Shown here: positions 1 through 12,836 of the stretch, in pieces
Layout of the letters: each line of letters starts with the position of its first letter
How positions within the stretch are numbered: position 1 is the stretch's first letter
Assembly: GCA_025558095.1 (NCBI GenBank)
Contig: JAIVFI010000005.1
Location: 868,001-932,000 of the forward strand
From: Hyaloraphidium curvatum SAG 235-1
Taxonomy: Eukaryota > Fungi > Monoblepharomycota
DNA length: 64,000 bases
Direction of reading: 5' to 3'
Program-made: the position numbers and the translations under genes
Notes under the pieces: model-generated
Seen by the model: only the letters and a program-made list of their open reading frames with translations
Databases searched by the model: none
Told to the model about the DNA's origin: nothing

Positions 1-720
1 CGTAGGAATCCCGCTGGTTCACGTCGACCCGCCGCTGGGGCTCGTCCAGGAGCATCTTGAAGATATCGGTCCGATGCTCGACGCAAGCGGACATCAGAGG
101 CGTCACGCCTTTGTGGTCCGCGGCGTTCAAATCTGCGCCGCCGTGGGCCAGCATGGCGCGAAGCGCGCCGACACGATTGTTGTGCACCGCAAGGTACAGC
201 GCCGTCCGGTTCATGTCGTCCTGCGCGTCCACTTCCAAGTCTGCCCGCGCTAGCAGAGACTCGACGATGAGCTCGGCGTCGCCGTTCACAGCAGCAATCA
301 TGAGGGCGTCATGCCGTGAGCCGTACGGACGTTGACGTCCAAGTTGGGCTCCATGACCACCAGGAGCTTGACAACGGCCGCCTGGCCCTTTGCAATGGCC
401 CTCAGCAGTCCTTCCGTGGCCGCGGCGCCCATGTCGTCAAGAAGCTTCTCCGTCAGAACATGGCGAACAAAGTTCGTATCGCCGCGTGAGCAAGCCTCGC
501 AAAAGGCATCCGCGGCCACTGTTCCGGGTGTGCGTCGCAACGTCACGACAACAGGCGGCGCGGACCGAGGGGGAGGCGGGAGCGGAGCAGGTGGGAGCGG
601 ATGTCGGGGAGCCTGAGCAGCGCGGGCGCGCTGAACAGGTTTCCGCTGGGGAGTTGTCCGTGCCGGAGCCTTTTTGCTCTTGGCTTTGCCAGCTGCGCCT
701 CCATCGCCGCCCTCCGACAT
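1..720 (-). CDS. Ankyrin-repeat protein, runs off the window edge; 1-nt frameshift near 304-306
   Basis: Ankyrin motifs DVNVRTAHGMTP|LMIAA, DAQDDMNRTALYLAV, NAADHKGVTPLMSAC, DVNQRDSY. The frame shifts at ACG CCC TCA TGA, one C short of TPLMIAA. Confidence 0.8.
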
Positions 721-1483
721 GTCGGCGTGCGCGGAGGCTCAAATGCTGCCTTATCGGAAGCGTGCCGCAAGAGCCAGAGCCGAGCACCGAGGCCGGAAAG
801 AAAGAAATAGTCAAGAAATAGCTCCGAAGAAGGCCCAAGGGCAAGGAGAGCGCTGCCGAGGAAGTCCCAAACACGAGCCGGAACGGTGCCCAGCATTCAC
901 GGGGTCCGGAGCCCTCCAAAGGACTGAGATCCTGGGGATTGTTAGTTTCGAGGCAATATCTGGGACGATCCCGTGGTTAGCGGGGCATCCTCGAAGGCCA
1001 GTCGCGCAGTGGAACAGGGCGGTCGGGGAGGCCGAAGGAGGACTTCCGTCGCGCCGCCGCGCTCGTGCGCCGTCGTGCGCCCGCAAAATGGAAGAATCTT
1101 ACCAACGGTGAAGATTCCGGGCCCATGGCTCCTTATCGTGGAGCCCTGTGGTAGGGGAATCGGGCGGAGTTGTCCCGGGCGAGGCTGCCTGCCGTATGCG
1201 TCGGCGTCAAACCGCGGGCGGACTGCCTCACCCGCTTGGCCCGAACGACGGCCAACAACAAGAACATCACGGCGCCCTCTAGATTACGATCTTTCTTTTT
1301 GCGCTACATCTACTTATTACATCGATCCGAGCTCGGTAGCGTGAGGTTAGCAAGAACGATCGCCCAAAAGCAGCAACGAACAGAACAGGATGTAACAGAA
1401 CCGCAAGGCACGGATGGCCGACACGTGCGGCGGAGCGATAAGGTCCGATGAGCTCAAGAATCACGGCCTGCGCAGCAGCGCCG

Positions 1484-3656
1484 TTAGTGAGCACCCCACG
1501 GGTTGGCAGCACCGACGCCGTTGCCCTCAGCCTTGGCCGCCTTGCTCGCACCTCCCGCGTCGTCTTCGGCCTTCCGCTTCCGCGACGCCGAGCCACCGGC
1601 AGATCCGGCAATGTCCTTCTCCGCGGACGCGGTGATGGCAACGAACGACGCCATGTCGTTGCCGCGCTCCATCAGGAAGTCCAGGTATCGCTGCGCGAAG
1701 TCGCGCTTGTCGTCCTCGGGGATGGTGGCGAGGGATTTCATGGACTCGAAGAAGGCGCCCACGTCGGCAGTCGCGGTCTCACCTGAAGCCAGGAACGCAT
1801 GAGACGACATAGAGGAAAGCAGCGCGCGAGCCACGCTCACCTGTCTGGGCAAGCTCCAGAGACATCCAAGACGCCCAGAAGTACTTGCAGCCCTTGCACG
1901 CCTCGACGTTGTCCTTGTACGTCTCCCTGGCACCTTTGGTATCCCGCGAATGATATGCCAGGATCCGCGCCTTTTGCGAAACGAGCAAAGACCTCCCGTT
2001 GGCGTCATCCTGGGGCATCCCAGCCAGTTCCCGGTCCAGAACCGCGATACCGGTGTCCGGGCCGGCTCGGCGGGCTTCGAGGTAGGCAAGGCGCACGACG
2101 GTTTCGGCGTGGTGTGGGAGGGAGGTGAGGAGGGTATCGAGGATGGCCTTGGCACTGTCCGCGCGGCCCTGGGATTCTTCGAACGCGGCGTAGAGATGTC
2201 GAACTGCGGGGCGACTGCGATACGGGAGAGTAAGACCTAGCCTGAGGTAGGGGAACGACGACCTTACGTTGGGTTGACGAAGATCGAGCACGCTCGGTAA
2301 AGGACGTTTTGGGCGCGGTCCATGTCGTGCAGAGCAATGCAGTACTTCGCGTACCTGAGCCAAAACTCCTCATACGACGCCTGAAGCAATCTGGATTAGG
2401 AACGCAAGAGACTGAGTCCAGCGCAGCACTCACACAAGCAACAAGACACCGCTCGTAGAGAGCATAGGTCCTCGAAATGTCGCCCTCCCCTTCCTCGAAG
2501 AACAAGTACTTCCTCCAGTTCTCCAGCTGCGCGTCGTCCAGCGGCTTCACGTGGAAGTACGGCCGCTTGACCTCGCCCTCGTACACCCAGCGCTTCATGA
2601 CGGCCTCCTGCGTCTTCATGTAGATCTCGCTCTTGAGCGCGTGGATCTTCTGCCGCAGCGCCTGGTCCATCTCCTGGGCCGACTTGCCGGACAGCTCCTT
2701 CTGCACCTCCTCGTAGATCCGCGAGTAGTCTTCGGGGCTGACAAGCTCCTCCACCGGCCGCGTCACGCTCATTTGGGAGTACTTCTCGAAGAAGCGGGCG
2801 TACTGGTGGAGCGGAATCCGGATGATACGTTCCAGGAGGGCAAAGGCAAGTTCTGGGCGCTTGTGACCCTCCTCAAAGGCGAGGTACGCGTCCCACAGAG
2901 GGTGAGCCAGAAAATCCAAACCGGCGGCAGCCGCAGCGCGCTCGAAAAGCCTGCGGTCGGCAACAACAGAACAAGAGGAAAGGGCGGCATACAGTTAGTT
3001 CACGTTTGGTGTGGGCCATTGCTCCCGAGCAAAAGGTAGCCGGTGAGATCCCCAGCAGCCGCAAGGCACCAGCGCAACGGCATTACCGGAACCTTCCATT
3101 GTGGTAGGCCCACAAGCCAGCCACAAGGCGCGAAACGACGTCGCTGGCGGAAACCGGGGCCAGTAACCGGGCCGGCACCTACGGCTACTCACATTCGATT
3201 TGTCTCCTCCTCGGTGGGGTAATTCGTGGTCCGATGGTTAAGGTAGTGGACCCAAAGATCCACAGAGTTGTGAATCGAGGTCACTCCGCGCTCGTAGATC
3301 TGCGGAATGGAGCTGTCCAGGCCAGTTCCTGACACGCGGCCACGGAGCCGTCCACCCACTTCGTCTCCCTTTGTCAAGCCGTCAATGGTGACCTCGTGGT
3401 CCGCATACTTCTTCCAGTAGCCGAAAAGAAGAGGGTATTTGGTCAGGAAGTGGTCGTAGGCCGTCCGCAGTCCCGACACGACGTGGGCCGGGCTGTTCTT
3501 CCGCACGCCGCCGCCCTCGGAGTTCTCCGACACCCGGATGAGCGACTCCCACGACGCAAAGTCCTGCGGGTCGGCCGTGACGGCGTCCCACAGCTTGTCC
3601 CATTCGGCCTTGCCGGCGTCGCCGTCTTTTGCTGCGTCCGATGCCGCCGCCGCCAT
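1484..3656 (-). CDS. PRP39: Pre-mRNA processing factor 39 (U1 snRNP HAT-repeat protein), multi-exon
   Basis: YDHFLTKYPLLFGYWKKYAD, DFLAHPLWDAYLAFEE, IIRIPLHQYARFFE, KRPYFHVKPLDDAQLENWRKYL, LYERCLVAC. The 3' end is approximate. Confidence 0.92.
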
Positions 3657-4504
3657 CGCGCACAACGGGTCCGCGGCACGCCGAGGCGCCGGCGATAGAA
3701 AGGTCCAGAGGATTTGAAGTCTAGGCCCAATGCTCCAGAAGAGCTGGCCGAGGTTTCCCGGGGGAGGACTGCGCAAGGTTTTCTGCTCCCGGGTGCAACA
3801 GCGCGGCGCGCCGCGGCGCCGCTTCGGCCGGCTTTCGGCAAGCTTCCGCGCCGCTTCACACCGCGATCGAGTTTCACTTCTAGCCATCCGCGAGATATCT
3901 ACATTCTGCTGCCAAGGATCTTTTATCCGAAGTCCGGATTTGCTCTGGTTGCGTTCGATTCGCTCGTCTTCAGCTAAGCAGAAGACCCTAGTGGCAGATC
4001 GCCAGAGGGCCTCAACTTCTACATGTCACAATGATGCATTCGGAAGAAGAGACCACGTTGCTCGACTGGATGACTTCGGGAACCCCCATCGCTATGCCTC
4101 AGTCTAGAGGATCTCGGACACGGCACGATCAGCTCCATTTCCAATAGGATGCTAAATTCGATGATCGATCAGCAAGAATATCGCGAACTACGCTGTTTCG
4201 GAAGGACCGTGTCGTCGCCATCGGCGGCACCGTGCAGACCGCGCGGTTCGGGCGCTCCCGACGCGCGCTGCCCGACAGCGCGGTTCATCACCTTCAACGG
4301 AAAGCATCCGACGTCTGTCCCCCACTCTTGACGGCCTCGAGACGCGTGTCGTGCACGTCAACGTCCTGCTATCTCATTTTGGGTCGCAGGGGAGCTCTCC
4401 CAGCGCGGCGGTCGTGCCGGGAGGACTTGGGAGGCAGTGCCAACGGCGATTCATTCCCGGACTTTAAAGGACCCGCATCCCCGCCGCGTACCGCCTTTCC
4501 ACAC

Positions 4505-5023
4505 ATGTCTTCTTCGACCGCCAACCCCGAAATCGGCGTGGTCGACCCCATTACCGTCGACCTCGCCCTGAACCTCGTCGTCACCTGCCTCGACCCCGTC
4601 CCGTACGCGCCCGCGGGCGCGCCCACGATCTCCAAGGACGGCGACCGCATCCGTTTCTATCCAATCGTCGGCGGACGCTTTTGGGGCTTCGGGATTTCGG
4701 GCCGTGTGGTCCCCGGTGGCGCGGACTACGCTGTGCGCCGGCCTAACGGGCAGTACTTCTACGAAGCGCGCTATGCTATCGAGACGGACGACGGCTACAC
4801 CATACTGGTGCACAACAAGGGTGTGCAGGTGGCCTCGACCCCGGAGGGCAGGCCGAGGTTCAGGTTCGTACCTGAGTTCACGGTTTCGGGCGAGAAGTAC
4901 GCCTTCCTCAACACGGACGTGTTTGTGGCCACGCTGACGGTCGGGGAGATGATGCCCGAGGGGCTCGCGATGGCGGGGGAGGGGCAGAATGACAGGCTGA
5001 TCCAGGTGTTCAGGGTTGTGTGA
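4505..5023 (+). CDS. DUF3237/UPF0311-like beta-barrel protein, intronless
   Basis: PIVGGRF..G.VVPGGADY, ARYAIETDDG.TILVHN.G, F.PEF.V....YAFLN..VFV pattern. Confidence 0.8.
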   Translation: MSSSTANPEIGVVDPITVDLALNLVVTCLDPVPYAPAGAPTISKDGDRIRFYPIVGGRFWGFGISGRVVPGGADYAVRRPNGQYFYEARYAIETDDGYTILVHNKGVQVASTPEGRPRFRFVPEFTVSGEKYAFLNTDVFVATLTVGEMMPEGLAMAGEGQNDRLIQVFRVV

Positions 5024-5149
5024 GTTGGGACGAGGCGGGGACTGGAGGGCAATAGAGGCGAGCGGAGGCGAGTCAGATGGAATCCCTGCTTCATAAGCTT
5101 GCAAGTCCAGGGGTGTCTGCGATGCGGTCTGCAGGGTGGTTCAATCGGA

Positions 5150-6259
5150 TCAGCTCAGCACGGCTCCTCGGGCACGGAATGCACACCCACACACTAGCTT
5201 CTCCCCACTGACTTCCCCCCTCTCCAGCATTCGCAGCCCCTCCGGCACCCCCGCCAACCCTCCCGGCAGCACCCGCACCCTGTTTGCGTGGAACGTGCCT
5301 TCCCCCAGCCACCGACCCACCCTCGCGAACCACCGTGCTGCGAATGGTCCGTCACGCGCGAGATCGTGCGCCGCGCCCACCAAGCTTGGCACCAGCTCCA
5401 CGTTGCGCGGCACTCGCGCGAGGTCAGCCGCAGGGATCGGAATCGTCCGGGGGAGGGGGGCAACACTCCTAACCACGCAGATTTTGCCGCCATGAGGCTG
5501 CATTGCTGCGGCGAGGTCCAGGAACGAGAGCGAGCAGCCCGACGGGCCTGAGTGAGCATCCAATGCGCTGTCCAGAGTGTCCCCGCCGAGGGCGGCGCGG
5601 AGGCGGGCGGGGAGATTGGGCAGGCGGTAGTCCACGACGACGTCGCAGCCTGCCTCGAGGGCGACGTCTGCGCCGCTCCCGGCGACGCCAATCACCCGCA
5701 GTCCGGCGACCTTGGCTAGCTGCACCGCATACGAGCCGACGCTGGAGGAGGCGCCCCACACGACGATGGTCCTGCCCTTGGCACCCGGGTTGGGGCCGCC
5801 GTGCTCGGTAGGCTCCGGGAGGCCCAGCCGGATAAAAAGGCCCAGGCACGCGGTCATGAACGCCAGCGGCACGGCGGCAGCGTCCTCAAACGAAACAGAA
5901 GATGCTATCCGGAAAGCGGTGTGCGCAGGGCAGACGGAATAGAGCTGATAGGCTCCGAACCGGTCGTGGCTTGCCATTCGAGTAAACCCGGCCACCCGGT
6001 CTCCCGGTTGGAAGCCCGCTCCCGACTCCCCACCGGCCGCATCACCCACGGCCTCCACGATGCCCGCAACATCGTTTCCCTCGATGTGCCCGCCATCCCA
6101 CGCGCCCGTCCGCGCCAGCTTGAAGTCCTTCGGATTGCTCGCCACCACGACGTTCCGCACGAGCAGCTCGCCCTTCCGGGGGGCCGGAGGGTACGGCCGC
6201 TGCGGGTTCGGGGAAAGGACGGCGCCCGACGCGTACACGCGCACGCACGGGCTGTCCAT
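5150..6259 (-). CDS. MDR-family enoyl reductase/quinone oxidoreductase-like protein
   Basis: NPKDFK, GNDVAGIVEAVG, GDRVAG, GAYQLY, VWGASSSVGSYAVQLAK, VSGEKLV. Confidence 0.88.
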   Translation of the reverse strand: MDSPCVRVYASGAVLSPNPQRPYPPAPRKGELLVRNVVVASNPKDFKLARTGAWDGGHIEGNDVAGIVEAVGDAAGGESGAGFQPGDRVAGFTRMASHDRFGAYQLYSVCPAHTAFRIASSVSFEDAAAVPLAFMTACLGLFIRLGLPEPTEHGGPNPGAKGRTIVVWGASSSVGSYAVQLAKVAGLRVIGVAGSGADVALEAGCDVVVDYRLPNLPARLRAALGGDTLDSALDAHSGPSGCSLSFLDLAAAMQPHGGKICVVRSVAPLPRTIPIPAADLARVPRNVELVPSLVGAAHDLARDGPFAARWFARVGRWLGEGTFHANRVRVLPGGLAGVPEGLRMLERGEVSGEKLVCGCAFRARGAVLS

Positions 6260-6530
6260 CGCGGGGTAGGAACAGGCGGTGTTGCTTCGCGCTATCAAAC
6301 AAAGGACGCATCTCTCCCATGATCTCTCTTGCTCGTCGGTTCGACCTAGTCCATCCGTTCATATTGCTCAGTCGATCACCTCCAATCGCGATGCATTCGA
6401 TCTTGCTTCGATTAGTTGCCAAACCGGAATCGGTTGACAATCGACCCTTCTTCGCCGAACATTCCTCCGAACACCGCCGCGCGGGAGACACCGCCCCACA
6501 TTGCATTCCAAACACCATCGCACCTCAACG

Positions 6531-7651
6531 ATGCCCCGCCTGCACAACGCCTCCGTCTCCAAGCCGCGCGTTGCCCTCGTCACCGGCGCCTGCTCGCCCA
6601 AGGGCATCGGACGCGCGACCGCGAGGAAGCTCGCCGAGAATGGTGCCATCGTCGTCGTGACAGACCTGCCCAAGTTTGCGGAACTGGGGAAGGAGCTCGT
6701 GGCCGAGATCAAGAAGAACGGAGGCGAGGCCGGTGCGTATACTTGCCCTCCCCTTGTTGAACGGCCTCTGATTGCGATCCGTCGCAGCCTTCATTCCGCT
6801 CGACGTGTCCAAGGAGGAAGACTGGCGCGCCGCCATCTCCCAGACGGAATCCCTCTACGGGCCGCTCGACGTACTGTTCAATAACGCAGGCAATATGGCC
6901 GAACAGCTGTTTGCGGGGCCGTTGCACGAGCACCCCACGGACCTGTACGAGGCGACGGTGGGCGCCTGGCCCTGATGCGACGAACTACCAGCGCTCATGA
7001 ATGAGCTCCAGATGGACGTCAACGCCAAGGGCGTCTACTTCGGGATCAAGCATGCTGCGGGAAGCATGGCCAAGCGTGACCCGGCGATCAAGGAGTGGGC
7101 GAGCATCATCAACACCGCGAGCGTCAATTCGTACGTGGGGAACATGGGAACCTTTGCCTGTGGGAGACCCGGCGTCGGCGGATTGGCAGGTGACCTCATC
7201 GCGGGGCTGCACGGCAGATTGCATGTCGAAGCATGCAGTGGCAGGGGCTACCAAGTGGGCGGCCAACAATCTCACCCCGCAGAGAATCAGGGTGAACGCG
7301 TGGGTTACCCGTTCCACGCCAACATCCCCGCACTCACTTCAGCGTGGTCCTCCCCCGGGTGCACCAGCCTTTGCCCCGGTATCATCGCTACCAACCTCGC
7401 GGACGACCTCATGGCCAACTCCCCGCTCTCTTGGGAGTCCGTGGGCGATTGGGCGCCGATGAAGCGGCCCGCGACGGCGGAAGAGATGGCGGTGGGGTTT
7501 CTGTTCCCCCAGGATTACGGAAGAGCATGCTGATCGCCCGTGGCAGCCGCTCGTCGTGTTCCTCGCCTCGGACGAGAGCTCGTACTGCACCGGAGGGCTG
7601 TACCTTGCGGATGGCGGTATCATTGCTGTCGGCGGCAAAGGCGGGTTCTAG
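6531..7651 (+). CDS. Classical short-chain dehydrogenase/reductase, multi-exon
   Basis: VALVTGA..KGIG, LDVS, NNAG, IINTAS, SKHAV, IRVNA, FLASDESSYCTG...ADGG split by GT-AG introns. Confidence 0.9.
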
Positions 7652-8107
7652 GAGCTTTTGTATGGGCAGTGGGACCAGGGACGCCTAACGGCGGGAGTTT
7701 CAGAGTGTCGCGATGAGTTTGGCAACTGCTGTACCCAGCGACTGTCATCCGTTGCCCCAGGAAGCCCTCATGATTTCCCCTGTCCGTCCGACATATCCAA
7801 GCGGCCGACCATTGCATCCGCACAGAGTAGAGAAGTGTAGAGCCTCAAAGACGTCCGACGAGGTACAAGTGCCACTTCATAACTGCTGTGCAACAAGATG
7901 TTCTCGGCCCAGACAAGATCTACTTCCCTCCTCTGCTGGCAAACACTCCATTTCTTCTCTTCCCCAGGCCCAACAAGCGGAGAGGCATGCTGTCCCATTC
8001 AAGAACAGCAAGGTGCCCATACGAGTCTTTGGCCAAGGCCTCTTTGTCCCCGTAGAGCTTCCGCCTTGCGAGCCACGTCGTCCACCCTCTACCCAAACCC
8101 TTCCCGT

Positions 8108-8602
8108 TCAGGCTCTCTTTACCACCGTCGTTCCCAGCACGTAGTCCTCCACCGTCCTCCCCGTCCAGGCGGCCAGCCCACCATCGAGCACCGAAAGCAT
8201 CGGCACCGTCGCCCTTGCGGCGCCCCTCAGGAACCGCCGCCCGAACGGGGCCGACTTGCCCGTGCCGTCGACCACACGCAGCCCGGCGAGCGATTTCCCA
8301 AACTGCAGGAGGGACAGGACGAAGCAGGCGACCAACGTGGCCAGCAGGGCGACGTCGGCGTCCGTTTCGCCCATTCTGAGGAACCCTTCGAAGCCGTCGG
8401 CCGCCCTCTTTGCAAATGCCGTGTTGCCGAAGAATCCGGCAATGTCCTTGGATAGCTTGCCGCCGGCGGCGGGGGCGGTGGGGCGGGAGAGCAGCGCGGC
8501 GAGCAGCGCGCACAGCGGGGGGTGCAGGAGGCCGAGGAGGAACGCGTCGAGGACGTACGCGGCCAGGCGGGGGAGCGCGGGGGCAGGCGAGGGGCGGGAC
8601 AT
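8108..8602 (-). CDS. RDD-family membrane protein
   Basis: RLAAYVLD near the N-terminus, GKSLAGLRVV, RFLR, EDYVLGTTVV near the C-terminus. Confidence 0.75.
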   Translation of the reverse strand: MSRPSPAPALPRLAAYVLDAFLLGLLHPPLCALLAALLSRPTAPAAGGKLSKDIAGFFGNTAFAKRAADGFEGFLRMGETDADVALLATLVACFVLSLLQFGKSLAGLRVVDGTGKSAPFGRRFLRGAARATVPMLSVLDGGLAAWTGRTVEDYVLGTTVVKRA

Positions 8603-8774
8603 TGTTTGCAGGGTGGAAGGAGGGGGAATGCGGGAGGACGACGGTGGGGAGTTGGAGGTGTTGTTTGGCAGTTCGGCCGTCGGCAAGGCGGAGCTGCACG
8701 AGCACCCGAACTCAACATGGCAACCAGAAGTCAATTTTACGCTGATCAAGATGTGCTGACAGAGATTCATGAGA

Positions 8775-10195
8775 TTAAACAGCTCCCGCGTCCACCATCC
8801 GTCCGGCAACCCTGGAGGAGCGGAACGGGCCCGGCCCGCCACTCGGCATCCGCACCGGGACCGGCCGCGGCCCCGGCGGGCTCCTCGTGCCACTTGCAGG
8901 CGCCGGGCCCAGGACCGCGGCAAGTAAAGCGGCCTCATGCGCCTCGAGAGCGGTCTGCAAGGTATCCCGCCGCGGCGGAACGACGCGCTGCGCTTGCCGC
9001 ACTTCCGCCGTCAACGTTGCCGCCCCGTAGCCTGAAGCAATGTCCCCCCGAGACCGCGGTCGCAGGAGCGGATCCGTCTCCCAGTCCTCCTCCACCTCAC
9101 CGCCGGTCTCGACGGCGCCGCTGACCTCCGCCGGCCCCGTCCCCGAGCCAGCATAAAGCACGTAGCGCTGCACCAGGAAAGCGGCGTCGAACGCGAGCGA
9201 CAGCACCCCCGTTCCCAGCTTTGCCGGGTTGCCCGCGATCCCCGCCCGCACCCAGTCCCCTCCCCCGATCGCGGCGTCGGCAAACAGCTGCACCAGGCTG
9301 AGAACCGCACCCGCGGCGTCCAGCCACACCTGGCCCACGGCAAAGCCACGCGTTGACCGGAGGGAGGCGTTAAGGAGGAGCTGAGGGATGCTCTGGATGC
9401 ACGAGACGGCGAGCTTGACGGCGGAGAAGAAGTACATAAGGTCGATCCAATCCGGGTACACCGGCGCGGGGACGGGGCCGTTGCCGCCGGAGGGTGGCTG
9501 CGAGAGGTGCTGCGTCCCGATCCAAAAGGTGAGGAGCAGCGCTGCGGACGAGGCGAGCCCGATGAACAGCTTCGTCCAGCCCTTGAGCACGAGCGGGTCG
9601 TGATCGTAGACCCAGCACTGCGCCATCGTGAAAAGAGCTGGAAGGGAGGGCTCTCAGCAAGCGCCGCCGGTACGGCAGACCGGCTTGACCCACAGATGGC
9701 GAGCGAGTGGCAGATGTGTAGCAGGTCCGCCGTCACGACGAGGTTCTTGAGCCCCCCGTTCCGCCGCGAATACTCGTCCTGCACGCCGCGGTCGAAGAAG
9801 AAGACAAAGGTGTAGATGGCGAGGGCGACGAAGCCGAAGACGTAGAGGACGATGTAGTCGAACGAGTAGCCGCGGACCGACTTGCGGCGCCAGTTCCGCA
9901 GGGGCTGCGGGTAAAGCGAGACGGCCCTGTGCCGAGGCAGAGACGGAAGTTAGCCGGCCAAGGAGGTGTACGGGGGCAGGGGCAACGGCGAGGAGAGGGG
10001 AAGGGCGGAGCAGTCCGGGAGACAGGGAACAGGGACACGGACCCACGGAGGTCGGCGAAGGTCAGAGCCCGCCAGCGAGGGCAGTAGAGGTCCTTCTCAC
10101 CATGCAAGCACGTATCCCCACCCGCAGACCTGCGAAACGAGGGCCAGGGTGCCCCCGACCGGGGCAGCGTCCGGTGTCCCTGGCAAGGGGGCCAT
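8775..10195 (-). CDS. Cystinosin/ERS1-like PQ-loop transporter, multi-exon
   Basis: GWGYVLAW..SLYPQPLRNWRRKSVRG; second PQ repeat IPQLLLN...RSTRG; LDAAGAVLSLVQL; NPAKLG. Stop position approximate. Confidence 0.88.
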
Positions 10196-10736
10196 GGCGG
10201 TCCAACCCCGGCGGCGCCCGCTCGGACGCCGCTCGGCAACGGAAGCCGAGCGTACGAAACAACGAGCTACAGCAACGTCGCTCAGCGGAGGCCTTTTCCG
10301 CGGGGTGGGACCGCAGCGGGGCAATCGTGACGAAGGGCCCTGAAAACACATCGCCGCCCGCACCGCACCGGCCGGCCCCGGTTCTGGGCCCTCGAGGACC
10401 TGCGCGCCCGGATCGGCCCGCCTCTGCCCTATTCCCGATCCGAGACACTCAGCGGTTTCCGGTGCACTTCGCGCGGTCTGCATGCCGCGCCGAGCGGTGA
10501 GGGCGAGGCCCGCGCGACGATCGGCCGACAGGTCGGGAAGCCACACCGCGCCGCCCGCAATAGCAGCCTTGGCGCACTGGCGGCTTCCTGCGGGGCACTC
10601 TTCAGCATAGTTCCCATTGTGTGCACTCAGTATCGCCCTCATTCTGTATCGCGGTCCCCGCCACGTTCGCTCTCTTTCGTGACTCCGAATCAGCGCGTCT
10701 CGCCGTCATCCTCCCAATTTCCCCATCCAAAGCGGT

Positions 10737-11409
10737 TCACGCGAACGGCTCCGTGATGTGGGCCACGTCGTTGAGCGTCGCACACGTGTCGTCGTCGTAC
10801 AGCAGCAGCGAGTTGCAGTTGGGCCCGAAAGCGATCGAGTTGCTGGGGTCGATGTCGATGCAGCTCCCGGGCGTGCTGGGGCCGGGGGCGATGGTCGCGT
10901 TGAGCACCCACGGGTCCTGCGGGCACGCGCCCCCGCCCACGCCGTACTGGAGGTTGCCGGCCGTGCCGTGGAAGGAGATGCAGCCGAAGCTGCCAACGCC
11001 GTAGTACTTGCCCATCAGGCCGGGGCGCTCGAGGCAGTTGTCCGCGGCGGCGTCGTAGCGGCGGTACAGAGCGCGCCCGTCGCGGGCGGGGGCGATGCAG
11101 GCGAGGGGCAGGTCGGGTGTGGCATCGGGGTGGCCGAATTCGCTGTGGGCAGGAAAGACGCGGGCGGGTGAGCGGAGGAGCAGCGCGGCCGGTGCTGCAA
11201 CCACGGACCAGAACGTGCCGTCGAGGCATTCGGCACAACTGCGGACGAACAGGTGCACATCGGGGCTGCCGACAGGACCACCCTGGACGGCACTGGGATC
11301 GGAGCGGTCAGCAACCGAATCGCGGGCCCGCCGGGGAAAGAGGGGCTCACAACTCGGCCCCGCAGAGGACGCCGGCCAAAAGCAGCACGAATGCGGTGGT
11401 GCGCGGCAT
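10737..11409 (-). CDS. Secreted Cys-rich protein, unrecognised family copy 1 (3 exons)
   Basis: Signal peptide MPRTTAFVLLLAGVLCG. Spliced sequence LFVRSCAECLDGTFCEFGHPDA..LAC..LYRRYD..C; intron 11143-11208. Confidence 0.75.
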
Positions 11410-11628
11410 GGCGATGTTGCGGAGCGGTCGTGAATGCGGATCGATGCGTGTCGAAAGATGTGATAGGGTCCGATTGTCTGCTGATGCGCCGTTGCGGGCC
11501 GAGGCCTCGGCGGGGCGGAAGCGGCACTCGGAGCGGCCCAGCCATCCCGACGGCCCGCTGTTCTGCCGCGACGGTATCGCCGCCCGCCGACCTTGGTCCC
11601 GATCGATCGCGCTGGCGAGGAAAATTCT

Positions 11629-12500
11629 TCACATCCATCTATCCACCAGCACCGACCGCCGCAAGGACGATTCGCTCAAACGCTTGAGCTCGGCCACGGC
11701 AGAGAGCCCCAGGGATCGCACGCTGCGTTGCCGTCGATCAGGAACAGGGCGCGGTGGAACAGCTCCGCCGACGCCCGCGGCACGCGTCGGCCCAGGGGCG
11801 CGGGCTCTCGGCCGCGCAGAGCTGCACACCCGGGCGTAGCCGTTCAGACGCCGCATGCGATCCAGGAACCGGAATTCGTCTTGGAGGGCGCGGATGGGGC
11901 CGTCGCGGGACAGCTCCCAGAAGGTACAGGAGGCCCGGGCCAGGTCGGGGAGGGCGCCGTCGGCGAGCCGACGCCTCACGGGCCGCGAAAGGGCGGCGAG
12001 CACCGCGGCGATCATTCCCGCAACATGCACCTGGGGACCGTACATCCGGTTGTATCGCGCGGTGGCGTCCAGCGCGGCCCGGTCCGGGGTTTCCTTTGTC
12101 CATGGGTAGCCGGCCGCCGCGTCCAGGGAACCTGCTACCGCCCGGAGCACCGTCGAGCGGGGCCCGACGAGGTCATTCAGACACGTCCGCATCAGCGGCC
12201 AGAACGCGCGGAATATCGCGAGCGCCCCGCGGGCGGCGTCCTGTTCGGGGGCGGGCCCGTCGGCGACCGCGCCGGCCGCCGAGGTCCAGAAGGAGGCCGG
12301 CGCATCCTGGGGGCGCCTGAACGCCCGCAAGACGCCGAAAACGGCCTCCAACAAGAGCAGCAGCGGCTTCTATGCCTCGACCGCGGCGTCCTCTCCGATG
12401 TCGCATACCTGCCGAAACGCGTCCAGCGCGGTCCGCGCCTCCGCCAGCAGCTTCGACGCGCGCTCCACGACGGCGTCGATCATACTCGGCGTCCAAATGT
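11629..12500 (-). pseudogene. Hypothetical helical protein interrupted by an in-frame TAG
   Basis: ORFs 12370-12717 and 11629-12354 are in the same frame, separated only by TAG at 12370-12372. The 3' part looks degenerate. Confidence 0.4.
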
Positions 12501-12836
12501 GCTCCGCTGCCGTTTCCACCCCGCTAATCGCGTCGGGACCGCGACGCGATATTGTCGGAAGGCCCCGTCTGCCCGGGAGGCAGGCCGCCCTCCACTCCGC
12601 ACCCTGCGAAACCAGGCAGGGCCGCTCCAAAATCAGGATTTGAGCGTATCGTGCATTTCTCATATGGGAAACGGGCACCGCAGCGCGATTCGTGCCGTGT
12701 GCGCGCAACGTTCCCAAGTTTCACAAACGAGGCAATCATCAGTCAGTCAGCCGCTCCCCTCGGCCCCCACGGAGCGCCACCGGCGGATAACAACGGCACG
12801 CGGCCGCGGCCGGCTTTGTACAGCTAATTGGCAGCC

